Virus record (IMG/VR): IMGVR_UViG_3300006217_000050
From: a virus
Length of the DNA stretch: 58,653 nucleotides
Strand: one strand, 5' to 3'
Shown here: positions 15,667 to 26,800 of the stretch, piece by piece
Layout of the letters: every line of letters starts with the position of its first letter
Position numbering within the stretch: the stretch's first letter is position 1
Program-made: the position numbers and the translations under genes
Notes under the pieces: model-generated
Told to the model about the DNA's origin: nothing
Database searches by the model: none
Seen by the model: only the letters and a program-made list of their open reading frames with translations

Positions 15667-16503
15667 TCAAGTATTTACCCTTTTCAGTAGCCCTGCCTTG
15701 AGCAAATTATACATCTGTGTATTCTGGGCCGCCGTGCCCACATATCCCCTGATATCGTTGGCTACCGCGATCTGCTTTCGGAAGGCATAAGTACTGTTAA
15801 TGCCCAGGCTTGTGAGGGCTGCGGAGAGCGTTGTTGGCTTGCCGGTGTATGCTTGGTAGTATGTCCCCAGGTGGACCACCTTGTCTGTGACGTCCTCCAC
15901 GGCGCCACCAGAAGTTTTCTTCTCAAGCTTCAGCTCCGCCACCAAAAAGTCCAGAATTCCCCGGGCAGTTTTTTCTGCATGGGCTTGAGTCAAAATAATT
16001 GGGGTATCCTTCAGGCTGTCCATAAAGCCATTTTCCAAGAGCAGCGCGGGCATATTGGTATTCTTCAGCACATACAGGCCAGAGGAGGGTACTATCTTCT
16101 GGGAGCGGTTGCCCGTCAGGCCATTCTGTTTAACCACCGCATTATACAGCCTCCGTGCCTTCTCCGCGCGGTCCGACTTACCGGAAGCGTAATAATGTAC
16201 AGTCACCCCGCCGCCCGCTCCCCCATTGATTCCTGCATTGTGATGGATGCTCATATAAAAGTCCGCTTTGCCACTATTGGCTGTTTTTGTCCTGGTAGAA
16301 AGCGGCACATCCTTGGCCCCAGTGGTATCTCCCACTCGGAGAACCCTGCAGCCATATTCTGCCAATCCTTTCTCAACCATGTCTGCGATCCGGTCATTGA
16401 GATACCATTCCCGGGTCTGGTTCGGGTCAATACTCTTCAGGCAGCGCTTGCCGGCTGTTCCCATGCCGTGCCCTGCATCCAAGGCGATAGTTTTTATACT
16501 CAT
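15667..16503 (-). CDS. Endolysin, N-acetylmuramoyl-L-alanine amidase (Amidase_3-like) with a C-terminal binding domain
   Basis: IALDAGHGMGTAGKR ... DFYMSIHHNAG motifs. Last gene of the late operon. Confidence 0.8.
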   Translation of the reverse strand: MSIKTIALDAGHGMGTAGKRCLKSIDPNQTREWYLNDRIADMVEKGLAEYGCRVLRVGDTTGAKDVPLSTRTKTANSGKADFYMSIHHNAGINGGAGGGVTVHYYASGKSDRAEKARRLYNAVVKQNGLTGNRSQKIVPSSGLYVLKNTNMPALLLENGFMDSLKDTPIILTQAHAEKTARGILDFLVAELKLEKKTSGGAVEDVTDKVVHLGTYYQAYTGKPTTLSAALTSLGINSTYAFRKQIAVANDIRGYVGTAAQNTQMYNLLKAGLLKRVNT

Positions 16504-16712
16504 TCAGCTCCCCCTTTCAGTTCCGGCAGTCCCGCCACAGATGTCAGTAGGGACAACACCCCTGCAAGAGCAGAGACAGAAAGAACATACTTCCAGTCCA
16601 CCTGCCCCATAGCCGCAGCCGTCCCGATTCCAGCAATCGCTGCTTGAGCCACGGTCTTCACAGCTCTTACACCTGCCCTCTTTGCCCACTCAATCCAGTT
16701 TCTGTTTTTCAT
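16500..16712 (-). CDS. Holin-like membrane protein (Dp-1-holin-like pattern)
   Basis: 70 aa with two hydrophobic segments. Overlaps the endolysin start by 4 nt. Confidence 0.6.
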   Translation of the reverse strand: MKNRNWIEWAKRAGVRAVKTVAQAAIAGIGTAAAMGQVDWKYVLSVSALAGVLSLLTSVAGLPELKGGAE

Positions 16713-16726
16713 AAATTTCTCCTTCC

Positions 16727-17095
16727 TTATAAAAGCGCCATTGCCGCTATAATTGCACCAACAGCAGTAGTAACAACTGTACTTATTATTGCGGTTATAA
16801 TCGTAGTCTTGATCTGCTTGTAATCTTTCCCTGGCTCCTTTTCCATCTCATCAAGCCTGTCATTCTGCTTCTCAATTAAATTTCCCTGCCGTTCAATGGC
16901 ATTCAACATATTTTCCATATTTACAGCCATTTTCTCGACGGAAACTGTCAAGGCATTAATTTGCCCTGTAACCTTCTCTAACGCATCAAGACGGCGGTTC
17001 TGCCTCTTGTTTTCGTCTTCCAGCCGTTGGTTCTCCGCCTCCATCCTACGGGCAAACTCTTCATGCACTTCCTTGGTTATGTAATTTCCATCCAT
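16727..17095 (-). CDS. XhlA-like coiled-coil protein with a C-terminal TM anchor
   Basis: ATG 17095 preceded by GGAGA. Long coiled coil followed by TIITAIISTVVTTAVGAIIAAMALL. Confidence 0.5.
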   Translation of the reverse strand: MDGNYITKEVHEEFARRMEAENQRLEDENKRQNRRLDALEKVTGQINALTVSVEKMAVNMENMLNAIERQGNLIEKQNDRLDEMEKEPGKDYKQIKTTIITAIISTVVTTAVGAIIAAMALL

Positions 17096-17265
17096 AAGCA
17101 ATCTCCTATGTTCCGCTGATATACATATCATACATCTAATTTTTTAAAGATTGAAACATTTATACCCAGTCTGGCCAGCCATCTGTCTCTGGAGAAATGC
17201 GGGCGGTGTAGGAATGTTTTTCCGAATGGAAGCTTTAGTTGTGACAGAGGTATGGCTATCTTGGC

Positions 17266-17310
17266 GTAAAAAAACAGGGCAGAAGGATACTTTTATATTC
17301 CCTCTGCCCT
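17266..17310. terminator. Bidirectional terminator-like hairpin after the tail-fibre gene
   Basis: AGGGCAGA pairs with TCTGCCCT, flanked by A-run/T-run on both sides. Confidence 0.55.
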
Positions 17311-17315
17311 ATTTT

Positions 17316-20300
17316 TTACGCCAATTTACTCAATAAAATGTCCATTTTATTCTCTAGTTCTCTTATTCTCGTTTCCTGATCTTGAATAATTTTCTCTTGT
17401 TTGTCAATCTGCCTCTGTTGTCTTTGTATAACTGCAGTATTCAATGCAATGAATTCTGTGTATCTCAACGAATAATTATATTCAAGATTTCCGTCTTCGT
17501 CATATACACATTCAGATACCATTTCACCATTTTCATCGGCCGATATTTTCACATTCACATCTTTGCAGAAACCCGCAAAATCAAGTGCGGTCAATCCTAC
17601 TTTTTGCAGTGCCTCTTCTACTTCTTGTGAAACATATCCCACATGGGTTCTGCCGGAATTGCCATCAATCATTTTGTAGGATACTGGGTTTAACTGCATA
17701 AAAAAATCTAAATATTTATCAGATAGCGGATGAATATCTTCTTTTTTATTGCGATCCGATGTTTGAATAGTTCCGCTTTTTGCATATATAACATTCCATT
17801 TAAAGTTTCCGGCGCCCGTCCCTAAATCAATTGTGGAGCTAAAACTCGGACATAGCGTTATGTTGTTAGTGCTACTAATCCTCCCAAACTTTAAATACTC
17901 ACTATTACTTCTATTGTAAATATTTGTAGCGTAATTATCATGATCAAGTATCGTTTTCTGATAATTATTATTGTCATCATATTTTACTACAACTCCCGCC
18001 ATAGTTGCGCTGAGGGCATAGTTTACACTCTGTGAGCCGATATTCCCGCTTGTGATAGCTTCAACCATATGCGACCAGGCCGCGCTGTTTCCTTTTGCGC
18101 CATTGGCAATAAACATCCTGGGATTTCCATTATTTTTAGTCACGCCGATGCCCGTTACGTAAGGGACATCTCCTCCGGTATAGTTATCCATCAGGATTGT
18201 GTCCATATAATATCCACAGGATTCAAAACCGAGAAACCTGTCCATCATATTAAATCTAACTCTTCCACTTGGTACATATGAAGGAGGCTGCGAACCTCCA
18301 TTTCCCGTATAGGTTCCGTTTACTTGATTGGCAGTCTCTGCTATGCTTCCATACCCTACATGTGTATTATTAACAATCCGTGTGATGGTGGGTCTGGTGG
18401 TGGCACTGATGTATATGCCCCAGCCGCTGTGCCACTTTGAATATTCTTTATTATGCGTACCCAAAATTACATCATGTATTTTTACATGAGGATATTCCCA
18501 TACAGAATCGGGTTCTCCAATAAGTATCACACATCTGATTCCATCGTGGCCGAATCTGACAGTAAGGTTTGAAGTTTTTGCTCCTGCTCTACCAATGCAT
18601 GTAGCCGAACAGTTAAACCATGATTCCCCATCTATGTAAGTATATCCAGAGATATGATACTCCACAGAAGTATCCGTCACATAATTAAAGATTGTAACCG
18701 CAAATTTAATCATGGTGTCCGTCCATGACTGAGGCAGGTTAATGACCAGGTATCCTGTTACACTTGCCGCATCAGTTTGGTAGTCCCCATCACTTGGATA
18801 CGCAATCCATCCATCCTTCCCCGCATACTCAAGGCCTCCGCTTGGTGTGACAGCTCCGATCAAGTTTGCGTCCACGGTTGCCCTGCTTACGCTGTCCTGA
18901 TTTCTGAAATAAAACTTTGCATCGGAGTGATACAGTAGCATTGCCGCAGTTCTATGCCCCCAATGGAATCCAATGGTGGGAGCATAAGCCATATCTGATT
19001 GGTCGCTTGCAACCCGGTCATTTTCCCGGATCTCCAGTGCTCCGCAGTGGTACCTTTGTGTGGGTTCACTGACATATGTTCCACTAAAAATACCTTTGCC
19101 GCCCTCAAACGTATCACTCTTGATTCTGCCGGTCACGGTTCCACCAGTAAGGGGCAGTGTCCCAACCAACTTTACGGGGTTTTCTGAGTTTCCAGCCCAA
19201 TGGTATGTTCTGTTGCCAAATGTGGTTACGGTCACGGCTATGAGCCATGCACTTCTTTTGAAAATCCGTAGATCAGAATAGTTGTCAGTGATTCCTGCCG
19301 CTGCCACCACAGGATCTTCTTTTTTGGCATAGCCCTGATATAAGCTGTTGTTCGGCAGGGCGGCTATAATGTCCTCAATATATGACCTTTCTATTCCAAG
19401 CTCTTCGCGAGAATAATAATTTAGGGCCCCGATATCATCAGGGGAAGGTTTGTCAATTTCGCTATATACCTTGTACCAAGTGACGCTGACTTCTGGGGTT
19501 GTTGTGCTACCCCCATCCACTAAGCCATAGTATACGTGTTGACCGCCTTGTGCCAATCCAGTGGACATCAGCAGAATGCGCCCGGTAACAGACCACTGGC
19601 TTCCAATACCATTCTGAAATCCCACAATAGCACACCACCACCCAAGAGATGGCGTCCATCCGCCGGTATCCTTAAAACGCATGGCGCACATATATGAGCT
19701 TGTTTTTATGCCATGCTTGTTCGCATCGCTCCAAAAGTCTTCAAATGTGTTGTATGAAGGGGAAGAAGTCAGAACAGGCAGGGCACCGATATCCTCCGGT
19801 GACAGATTTACGAATCCGCTCCTGTACTCTTCCTCCTCACTGCCCTTTACCCCGAACACTGCTCCTGCACCCTCCAAGTCCTGGAAGATTTCTTTTGCGC
19901 CCTCATAATACTTTTTGGCATTGTCCTCATCCTCCCCTGGCCTTGTCCCGGTGCCGCCATGGGCATAGCTTTCCGCCTCTGCCGCGCTGTCTGCCGCGTC
20001 ATCCGCCTTTTGAGAGGCAGTTGCTGCGGAGGCCGCTGCTGCCTTCTGGCTTGTGTCCGCGGCCGTCGCACTCCCCGCCGCCGCTGTGGCACTCGCCCCG
20101 GCTGCTGCCGCAGACTCCGCCGCTGCCTCCTGGCTTGCTGCTGCCGCTTCCGCACTTGCCTGGGCCGCTGCCGCCTTCTGTGTAGCCGCTGCCTCGCTTG
20201 CAGCTGCCGCAGACGCGCTCCCGGCTGCTGCCCTCTGGCTTTCCGCTGCCGCTGCCGCGCTGTCAGCTGCATTTTGTTCTGACTCCGCCGCCGCTGCCTC

Positions 20301-20834
20301 GCTCGCTGCCGCTGCCGCTGCGCTTGCCTGGGCTTTCCCGGCCTCCACTTTGATATCTGCCAGATAGTTGGGGCGCAAGTGCTTTTCCTCAATACTACCC
20401 TCCTTGACAATCGCCGTTACCTTCCCGTCCGCGCGGACGGAAAAGGCTATGGTTTCGCTGTCCAGGAATTCAAACTCTGTGATGAGCCGCGACAGGTCAA
20501 CCTCCATGTATGTACCGTCCACCAGGGGCAGGGTCAACATCTCCGTCACCGGGTCATAGTAGATGTTCAGGGCGATCTTCTCCATGGGCGTGTCAATGGT
20601 AAAGGTTGCGCCGTTTTTCCTCGTGAATGTTATGATTCCGGTTTTTTCATCATAGGCTACTTCCTTTATAAGCGGGGAGACCTCCACCTTTGTGGCCTTG
20701 GTGCTGTCCAGGACAATTACACGGTCGTCAATTACATCAATAGAGTAATCCATCTTGTTCAGATTTCGCTTATTAATAGGGCTTTTGTCGCTGGGCTTGT
20801 TTTCCCAGCCTATATTCTCATGTGCCTTTGTCAT
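17316..20834 (-). CDS. Tail fibre with an Ala-rich repeat segment and a C-terminal S74-type intramolecular chaperone domain
   Basis: 1172 aa. N-terminus NKRNLNKMDYSID. About 130 aa of A/S/E/Q-rich repeats. C-terminal TSDRNKKEDIHPL...GYVSQEVEE matches the endosialidase-chaperone cleavage motif. Confidence 0.8.
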   Translation of the reverse strand: MTKAHENIGWENKPSDKSPINKRNLNKMDYSIDVIDDRVIVLDSTKATKVEVSPLIKEVAYDEKTGIITFTRKNGATFTIDTPMEKIALNIYYDPVTEMLTLPLVDGTYMEVDLSRLITEFEFLDSETIAFSVRADGKVTAIVKEGSIEEKHLRPNYLADIKVEAGKAQASAAAAAASEAAAAESEQNAADSAAAAAESQRAAAGSASAAAASEAAATQKAAAAQASAEAAAASQEAAAESAAAAGASATAAAGSATAADTSQKAAAASAATASQKADDAADSAAEAESYAHGGTGTRPGEDEDNAKKYYEGAKEIFQDLEGAGAVFGVKGSEEEEYRSGFVNLSPEDIGALPVLTSSPSYNTFEDFWSDANKHGIKTSSYMCAMRFKDTGGWTPSLGWWCAIVGFQNGIGSQWSVTGRILLMSTGLAQGGQHVYYGLVDGGSTTTPEVSVTWYKVYSEIDKPSPDDIGALNYYSREELGIERSYIEDIIAALPNNSLYQGYAKKEDPVVAAAGITDNYSDLRIFKRSAWLIAVTVTTFGNRTYHWAGNSENPVKLVGTLPLTGGTVTGRIKSDTFEGGKGIFSGTYVSEPTQRYHCGALEIRENDRVASDQSDMAYAPTIGFHWGHRTAAMLLYHSDAKFYFRNQDSVSRATVDANLIGAVTPSGGLEYAGKDGWIAYPSDGDYQTDAASVTGYLVINLPQSWTDTMIKFAVTIFNYVTDTSVEYHISGYTYIDGESWFNCSATCIGRAGAKTSNLTVRFGHDGIRCVILIGEPDSVWEYPHVKIHDVILGTHNKEYSKWHSGWGIYISATTRPTITRIVNNTHVGYGSIAETANQVNGTYTGNGGSQPPSYVPSGRVRFNMMDRFLGFESCGYYMDTILMDNYTGGDVPYVTGIGVTKNNGNPRMFIANGAKGNSAAWSHMVEAITSGNIGSQSVNYALSATMAGVVVKYDDNNNYQKTILDHDNYATNIYNRSNSEYLKFGRISSTNNITLCPSFSSTIDLGTGAGNFKWNVIYAKSGTIQTSDRNKKEDIHPLSDKYLDFFMQLNPVSYKMIDGNSGRTHVGYVSQEVEEALQKVGLTALDFAGFCKDVNVKISADENGEMVSECVYDEDGNLEYNYSLRYTEFIALNTAVIQRQQRQIDKQEKIIQDQETRIRELENKMDILLSKLA

Positions 20835-21031
20835 ACCCTCTGCTCCTCTCTTCCGGCGGTTTCCTGGGCCGTCTCCTCTACCATCAGCTGCTCTTCTATG
20901 CAGGCGGCCGCCCGCTTCTCCATCTCCTCATATACCTCTTTTAGCACCATCCTCATAACCTCCGGCGGCAGGCCCGTGCTGTTCAGATAGTTGATGAGTC
21001 CCAGCTTCAGTTTTCTGATTTCCAAATCCAT
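20831..21031 (-). CDS. hypothetical small protein
   Basis: 66-aa ORF overlapping the fibre start by 4 nt. Confidence 0.5.
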   Translation of the reverse strand: MDLEIRKLKLGLINYLNSTGLPPEVMRMVLKEVYEEMEKRAAACIEEQLMVEETAQETAGREEQRV

Positions 21032-21049
21032 GCCTTCCTCCTTGCAATT

Positions 21050-23437
21050 CTAAAAAGTTTTTATATTAAGTATTTTCACATAATATTTCTGACCTTCAAA
21101 TTGTCCTTGTAATGCTCCGTTTGTATAGCTGTTATATCCCCTTATGCGAGCACCTATGTAATACTCGCCTTTCAGTTGCGATACATCAATATCTTTGGAC
21201 GTCGTTCCTTTTTGTGTAATATCAGTAGAAAGATTACCAAAAGTTATTGATTTGTATGAATTAAGCGCATACTTGTTTGTAGAAACGCCAACTGCAGCTT
21301 CAAAAGTATTATAATAATATTTTGTATTGTCTGCGCTTGCATCAGAGTCGTCATCAAAATAATAATACTCAAATGTAATGGTTAGTCCTATCAAATTCGT
21401 CATATCGTAGCTGCCTCCGTAGAAACCATATACGAAGTTGGGTGATACCGAACCGGTCCCTTCTACTGTTAAAGGTTCTGCGAATTGTATATTGAGAACT
21501 CTTTGTTCCAAGACAGCAATTAAATGATTAATATCCGCAATAGTCTTTGAGTCCAGCACAGCAGTGTTAAACTGGTTTATTGCCTCCCCTGTAATCTTAA
21601 ATGCATTGATGCTGTTACACCACATATGCCCCTGTGAGTCCACGCCCCAATTGTTCGAGGTGATATTGATACCTGCGGATGAAAGATTCAGGGTGCCTCC
21701 CGCCATAAGGTTTATCACATCATTGGCAGAAAGGTTTATATTGTCCGCATCCACCTTAAATTCTGATCCGGTTGCGGGATTTGCGTTGAGCGCCACCTGC
21801 ACCATCCTACCGTTTGCGTCTGCTTTCAGCACAATTTGCCCTGCCAGGAGTTGTAGCTGCGACGATAAATTTCCCTCTGCTGCCGTGGCGCGGCTTACCT
21901 CCGCGCTGATTGCCTGGGATGTCTGGGAGATGCTGCTGCTTAAGCTGTTGTACTGGGCCTGGGCCCCTACTTTGGTTTCGTAGGTTTGGCTTACTTCCGT
22001 GCGTATCTGCCCAGCTGTGGCAGTTATGCTTGCCTCCAGACCTTCCTTGGTATTCTGCAGTTCAGCCCGTATCTGCCCGGCTGTCTGGCTGATGGAGCTT
22101 TCCAGGCCTTCCTTAGTATTCTGCAGCTCTGCCCTGATCTGTGCCGCTGTGACGCTGATTTCAGACTTAATCTCCTTTTCCATGTCCGTCATTTCCAGGC
22201 GGGTTTCTTCAAGCGTCCGGGTCAGGACATTGGTCTTCCCCTTGAGCTGCTTAATCGACCGATGGATGCCGTTCACCTTTTCCGCATATTTTTCCACGCC
22301 CTGAGAGCGATATTTATCCCGCAGGGCCTGGATGCCGGTCAGTGTCCGCTCCAGGATATATGTTTCCACCAGCTCATACTTTGTGGGGAGACGCACCGGA
22401 TCTCCGACCTCAAAACAGGGATTTCCCAGGGCTTCGCAGTCAAAGGGCTGATATGTGATCCCCCTGATTTTCTCCAGGATGTTTTCCGCGATGGGAGCAA
22501 GCTCTTCCGATGACTTTCCGTAGACCAGGAAGTTATCCTCAATGATATAGCAATTGTCCTGGGGGGTCTGGGCCCGCTCAGGCCAGATTTTCCCGATATC
22601 ATTTTCTTCCTTTCGGATTTGCAGCATGGTGATGCCCTGCGTGATGAAGTTCTCGCAATCGCACTGTATGTATGTGCCATCCCCAATCCTGGATGTTCCA
22701 GGCTCAATGGGAAAAAGATCATCTGCTGGATAGAGATCATCTGCCGGCCATAACCCCTGGATTTCCTGGGGCAGATAGATGTAGTGGAACTTACCGTCCC
22801 GTCCAATATGTCCAAAGCACCCGTTAATTTCGCATATGGCGGTTATGATATCTTTTCCACTGATTTGCTCCGGGTTTATGGTCCGCTCCACGGTCACGCT
22901 ATCGTTTACCAAACCACGCACCGGATTCCCTTCCCCATCCTCCCCAATCTTAGGAAGTACCTCTTCCAGACCGAAATATCGCAGGAAACTTTCCCGGAAC
23001 TCCCGCAAAGACATGGTGCTGGTTTCCGCCGGCAGTATAGAATTGTACCAAGCGGCCATGTCAGTGTTGAGGATGTCATACATAGCATCATAGGCCACGA
23101 TCCTCTTATACTGCCTGTCTGGATCAAGTTCCTCCGAAGCGATCTTATACTTTCCTATCATCAGCGGCTCATCAGCATAGTGCCCCGGAACCACGCTCAG
23201 GGTGAACCACTTATTTACCAAAGTTTTGACCACATTCCCAATCCGAAATTTCAGGATACTTGCCTCACAGCTTCCAAACCGCAGCTCCTTTTCAGAGCAA
23301 AGGCATTCTGTCAATTCTATGCTCTGGTCAAACATCTCCCAATCAGAAAACACCGCACCATCACACTCAATTTTCCAGTCCTTATTTACACTGCCTTTTT
23401 CGTGCTGAAACAGGCCAAAATGCTTATACTCGATCAT
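21050..23437 (-). CDS. Tail-associated (Tal-like) minor structural protein
   Basis: 795 aa, positioned after the Dit-like gene. Internal 22-aa tandem repeat TA(A/G)QIRAELQNTKEGLE. Confidence 0.7.
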   Translation of the reverse strand: MIEYKHFGLFQHEKGSVNKDWKIECDGAVFSDWEMFDQSIELTECLCSEKELRFGSCEASILKFRIGNVVKTLVNKWFTLSVVPGHYADEPLMIGKYKIASEELDPDRQYKRIVAYDAMYDILNTDMAAWYNSILPAETSTMSLREFRESFLRYFGLEEVLPKIGEDGEGNPVRGLVNDSVTVERTINPEQISGKDIITAICEINGCFGHIGRDGKFHYIYLPQEIQGLWPADDLYPADDLFPIEPGTSRIGDGTYIQCDCENFITQGITMLQIRKEENDIGKIWPERAQTPQDNCYIIEDNFLVYGKSSEELAPIAENILEKIRGITYQPFDCEALGNPCFEVGDPVRLPTKYELVETYILERTLTGIQALRDKYRSQGVEKYAEKVNGIHRSIKQLKGKTNVLTRTLEETRLEMTDMEKEIKSEISVTAAQIRAELQNTKEGLESSISQTAGQIRAELQNTKEGLEASITATAGQIRTEVSQTYETKVGAQAQYNSLSSSISQTSQAISAEVSRATAAEGNLSSQLQLLAGQIVLKADANGRMVQVALNANPATGSEFKVDADNINLSANDVINLMAGGTLNLSSAGINITSNNWGVDSQGHMWCNSINAFKITGEAINQFNTAVLDSKTIADINHLIAVLEQRVLNIQFAEPLTVEGTGSVSPNFVYGFYGGSYDMTNLIGLTITFEYYYFDDDSDASADNTKYYYNTFEAAVGVSTNKYALNSYKSITFGNLSTDITQKGTTSKDIDVSQLKGEYYIGARIRGYNSYTNGALQGQFEGQKYYVKILNIKTF
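21990..22150 (-). repeat. 66-bp in-frame tandem repeat (2 copies plus a partial third) inside the Tal-like gene
   Basis: Copy boundaries at 22150/22084/22018, read from DNA and protein. Confidence 0.7.
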
Positions 23438-23446
23438 ATATTCACC

Positions 23447-23866
23447 TTAATATTCAATAAAAATCCACTGGGTTTCCCCATAATTTATTTTTCTTCCCTC
23501 ATCATCAGCTTTTTTTATCCTAAACTTCACACTTGGGTCAAGATAAAAGTGCCCAGTGGAATACGTCCTTTTCCGGGGATTAAAGTATATACACTCCGCG
23601 TCAGTCTCGTTCTGGTTCATATAATTTCTCTCCAGGGCCGCCAAAATCATATCCATAGCCGCCTCCGGCATCGCAATGGTGGTAAAGGTGATATTGGTCT
23701 TGGTATGCTCCAGGGCGTTCCGGATTGTAACTCCTTTGCCATTAGCGAAGCTGTCCTTGTCCTGCCGCTGATCCGGGGCTATGTCATAGCTGTCAAACTT
23801 TATGTACTTATTTGGAAAAATGAATGTCCCAAACTGAAATAAATATCCACCGTATGCCATAGCCAC
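23447..23866 (-). CDS. Distal-tail-protein-like component
   Basis: 139 aa, immediately downstream of the TMP. Called by position only. Confidence 0.45.
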   Translation of the reverse strand: MAMAYGGYLFQFGTFIFPNKYIKFDSYDIAPDQRQDKDSFANGKGVTIRNALEHTKTNITFTTIAMPEAAMDMILAALERNYMNQNETDAECIYFNPRKRTYSTGHFYLDPSVKFRIKKADDEGRKINYGETQWIFIEY

Positions 23867-23870
23867 CTCC

Positions 23871-26800
23871 TTACATCTGGAACGTCGGCACGCCGGTACG
23901 TTTAAACTGCTCCAGGTCTAGCTTTTTTATGATATCAAAAAGTACTCTTTCATTAATCTGTACTGGAACATGGACAGTCAATTCCTTTACTCCGCCCGCG
24001 CCGCCATTACGCCGCAGCACATTTTCCACGGCTTCTTCTATAGTAGAGACTGGCGAAACCACCTCATGTTCCCGCGTGTTGTCGCCCAGAACCGCCAGAA
24101 ACTCATTATTTGGAGGAACCACCGTACCAGTAGCAAGCCGGGGAATCGAAATTTGGCTGAGCTCCCCAATGTTAAACCCAAAACTTTTCCCACCTAACAA
24201 AGGCACCCATTCAGGGATTTCAAAGTGCAGACCATTCAAGGCACCAATAATCGTATTGATTCCATTGATTACTCCATTAGCCATCCATTCAATTCCACCA
24301 AGGATACCATTAATTATTCCTTTTATTACTCCAGCAACACCCTCAAGTATTTTTGCAACTCCATTCCAGGCTTTATCCCAGTCTCTAGTAAAAAACCCAA
24401 CGATAAAATCTATAAGACCTTCAAAGTATTTTTTAAGGTTTCTAATGATTTCTCCAATAGTGTCAAATACATTACTAAATACGGGCATCAGCGTACTGCG
24501 CAAAAAGTTTACAATCGGACTAAAAACATTATCCCATAAAAACTGAAATACTTTAATCATGTTGTTAATAGCAGGTATTACAATATTTATAAAAATATCT
24601 ACTACATTTTCAAATACTGTTGACAAAACTCCACCTATAAATTCAGCCAGAGGAACAATTACGTTCTGCCATAAAAATGTGAGTATTGTTGACAGATTTT
24701 CAATAATAGGCTGTAAAATACTCATTACAAATTCACCTAGTGGCACAAGCACATTATTCCAAAGGCTTTCAAAGGCTGAGATAACCATAGGCAGAACTGT
24801 TTCTGCAAGGTAGTTAAAGGCCGGTGCTAAAACATCCTCAATCACACTTGTAAGCACGGTATCAATAAAATTTCTGAATGCTTCGCTGTTTTCATACAAG
24901 TACACAAATCCTGCGGCTAAAGCAGCTATGGCCGCAATTATCAAAGTAACCGGAGATGTTAAAAGAGCAAACGCTGTACTCAATGCGCTTACTGCAGCAG
25001 ATAAAATTGTTCCTGCATTGGCAATTGCTAATACAACACCCGCAATCGGTGCTACAATCGTAATAAATTTCTGTATGGCTTCAGAATGCTCAGAAATCCA
25101 GTTCCCAAGCTGTGTCAAAATACCAACAATGCTTTCAATTACGGAAACAATTACACCACCAGACCATTCTCCCAATGGCTGTAAAAAATTCTCCCACAGC
25201 CATTCACCAAAAGGCTTCAAAACTTCTATAACACTATTCAGCGCTCCTATGGCCGCAGACAGCATGTCAAGAAATGCAGGAACAACATCCTCTATAGTCC
25301 ACCCTGCGATTGGAAGCAATACATTATCCCAGAACCACTTTAACCCCCCGCCAATGTTTTCTGCCAATGGCTGTATGGCTTTTAGTAAACCATCAATAGA
25401 CTGTAATAATGGTGTAAAATCTAATTTTTCGGCCCACTCTGCTGTGGAGTCAGCTATGCTGTGTATTGTCTCAAGTACGGTATTTGCAATGCCTAATATA
25501 CCTTCCCAGATACTATCTCCAATTCCTGCCGTATTCCATGCCTCTGTCAAACTGGCGGCAAGATTCCCAATGATGTTGTAGACTCCTGTCACAATCCCAA
25601 GTATATTTGTCCAAATTGATACGCCTATACCGTTGCTAAATACCCTGTTAAAAGAATCTCCAATTGACGTTTGAAGGATATTTAAATTCGTCAACATATT
25701 AAACAAAGCTGTAACATTTTCATATCCTGCTCCGCTATTCCATGCTGTTGAAAATGCATCCGCAATTACATGAACTGTATCCAGTATGGAGCGAAGCTGG
25801 CCAAGCAGGCTGTTCACCCAGGCCAATCCTGCACCTCCAGTAAACACTTCATAAAATGTCTTTCCGACGCTCTTCGCCGCCTTTAACAGGCTTTCCAGTG
25901 CAGATTTTGCAGAGTTTACCACACTCTGTCCATTTTTTTCCCATGCCTGCCGGAACACATTCCATATTTCTGCCAATGCCCCTGACAGTCTGTCAATAAT
26001 GGTTTCGCCCTCCTCAAGTGTTCCATAATCTATTTCTGGAATTTCCGGAAAACCAGCTCCATCTACTCCTTCCGAATCTGCTTTATTGGCGGCACCAGAG
26101 GAAAGATTATTCAGTTTGTCCAATGTAGAAAGCTGACCTTTTGCGGCCTTCCCGGCTTCTTTTGCTGCCTGAGCCGCATCCTCGTTGGCGCTGGCAAGAT
26201 TTTCTGCCCCTGCAGCAGCTGTGTCATAACCGGCTCCTATGGACTCCCCTTCCTTCTGAGACATCCCAGGTGAGCCTCCACCCTGCGACTTTTTTCCAGT
26301 TATTAATTCACTGAATGAGCGTAATGCCCCTGTTACTGCAAACAGTCTGGCTAATAATGCATTAATGGCATTAATTACACTTGTTATTGCTTTTACTGCC
26401 TGAACTGCCGCGGGAAGGATAAATCTTCCCAGATTTGCCTTGAGAGTTGTCCATGCTTGGTTTAAATTCCCGATCTGGTTTACCCATGTATCCGATTCTC
26501 TTGACGCCTGCCCAAGGGCCCCGGACAGCCTGTTTGCATCCTCAACCATCTGAAGCAGAGTAAGCTGTTTCTGGGCTTCTGACAGCTCAATGAAAGACTT
26601 GCCGTACAGCTTATTTGCAGCGGCATTTCTGGTGAATTCCGTAGCAGATAGCCCAAGGGCCGCATCGTTTTCATAATTTCCCTTTAGGAACGATTGAAGG
26701 GATTCTGTGGTTTCTTCCAGTGAGCGGTCATAAAATGCTGCGCTGTCCGCCACAGCAACCATTGCTCTATCTGCCAGCTCAAGAGCCCCCTCTGTATCCA

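Noticed and set aside
15853-16647. 264-aa plus-strand ORF (with 16268..16612 and 16504..16689)
   Set aside because: It lies antisense or out of frame to the well-supported amidase and holin genes. It has no RBS and its composition is a mirror-frame artefact.
19471-19479. TTGTACCAA hits inside coding sequence (also 23043..23051)
   Set aside because: There is no TAnnAT hexamer 19 nt downstream, and both are located inside long ORFs. They are likely chance occurrences.
19694-20410. Several long ORFs in other frames and strands (19694..20185, 19847..20410, 19959..20282, 20053..20367), rich in Arg/Pro/Ala
   Set aside because: They are by-products of the GC-rich Ala-codon repeat of the tail fibre gene, and all lie inside a 1172-aa ORF with clear fibre motifs.
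22784-23842. 352-aa plus-strand ORF
   Set aside because: It is antisense to the Tal-like and Dit-like genes, has a low-complexity hydrophobic translation, and has no start context.
23929-25581. Plus-strand ORFs antisense to the tape measure gene (23929..24546, 24928..25581 and others)
   Set aside because: They are mirror-frame artefacts of the repetitive Ala/Gly/Ile-rich TMP coding sequence.
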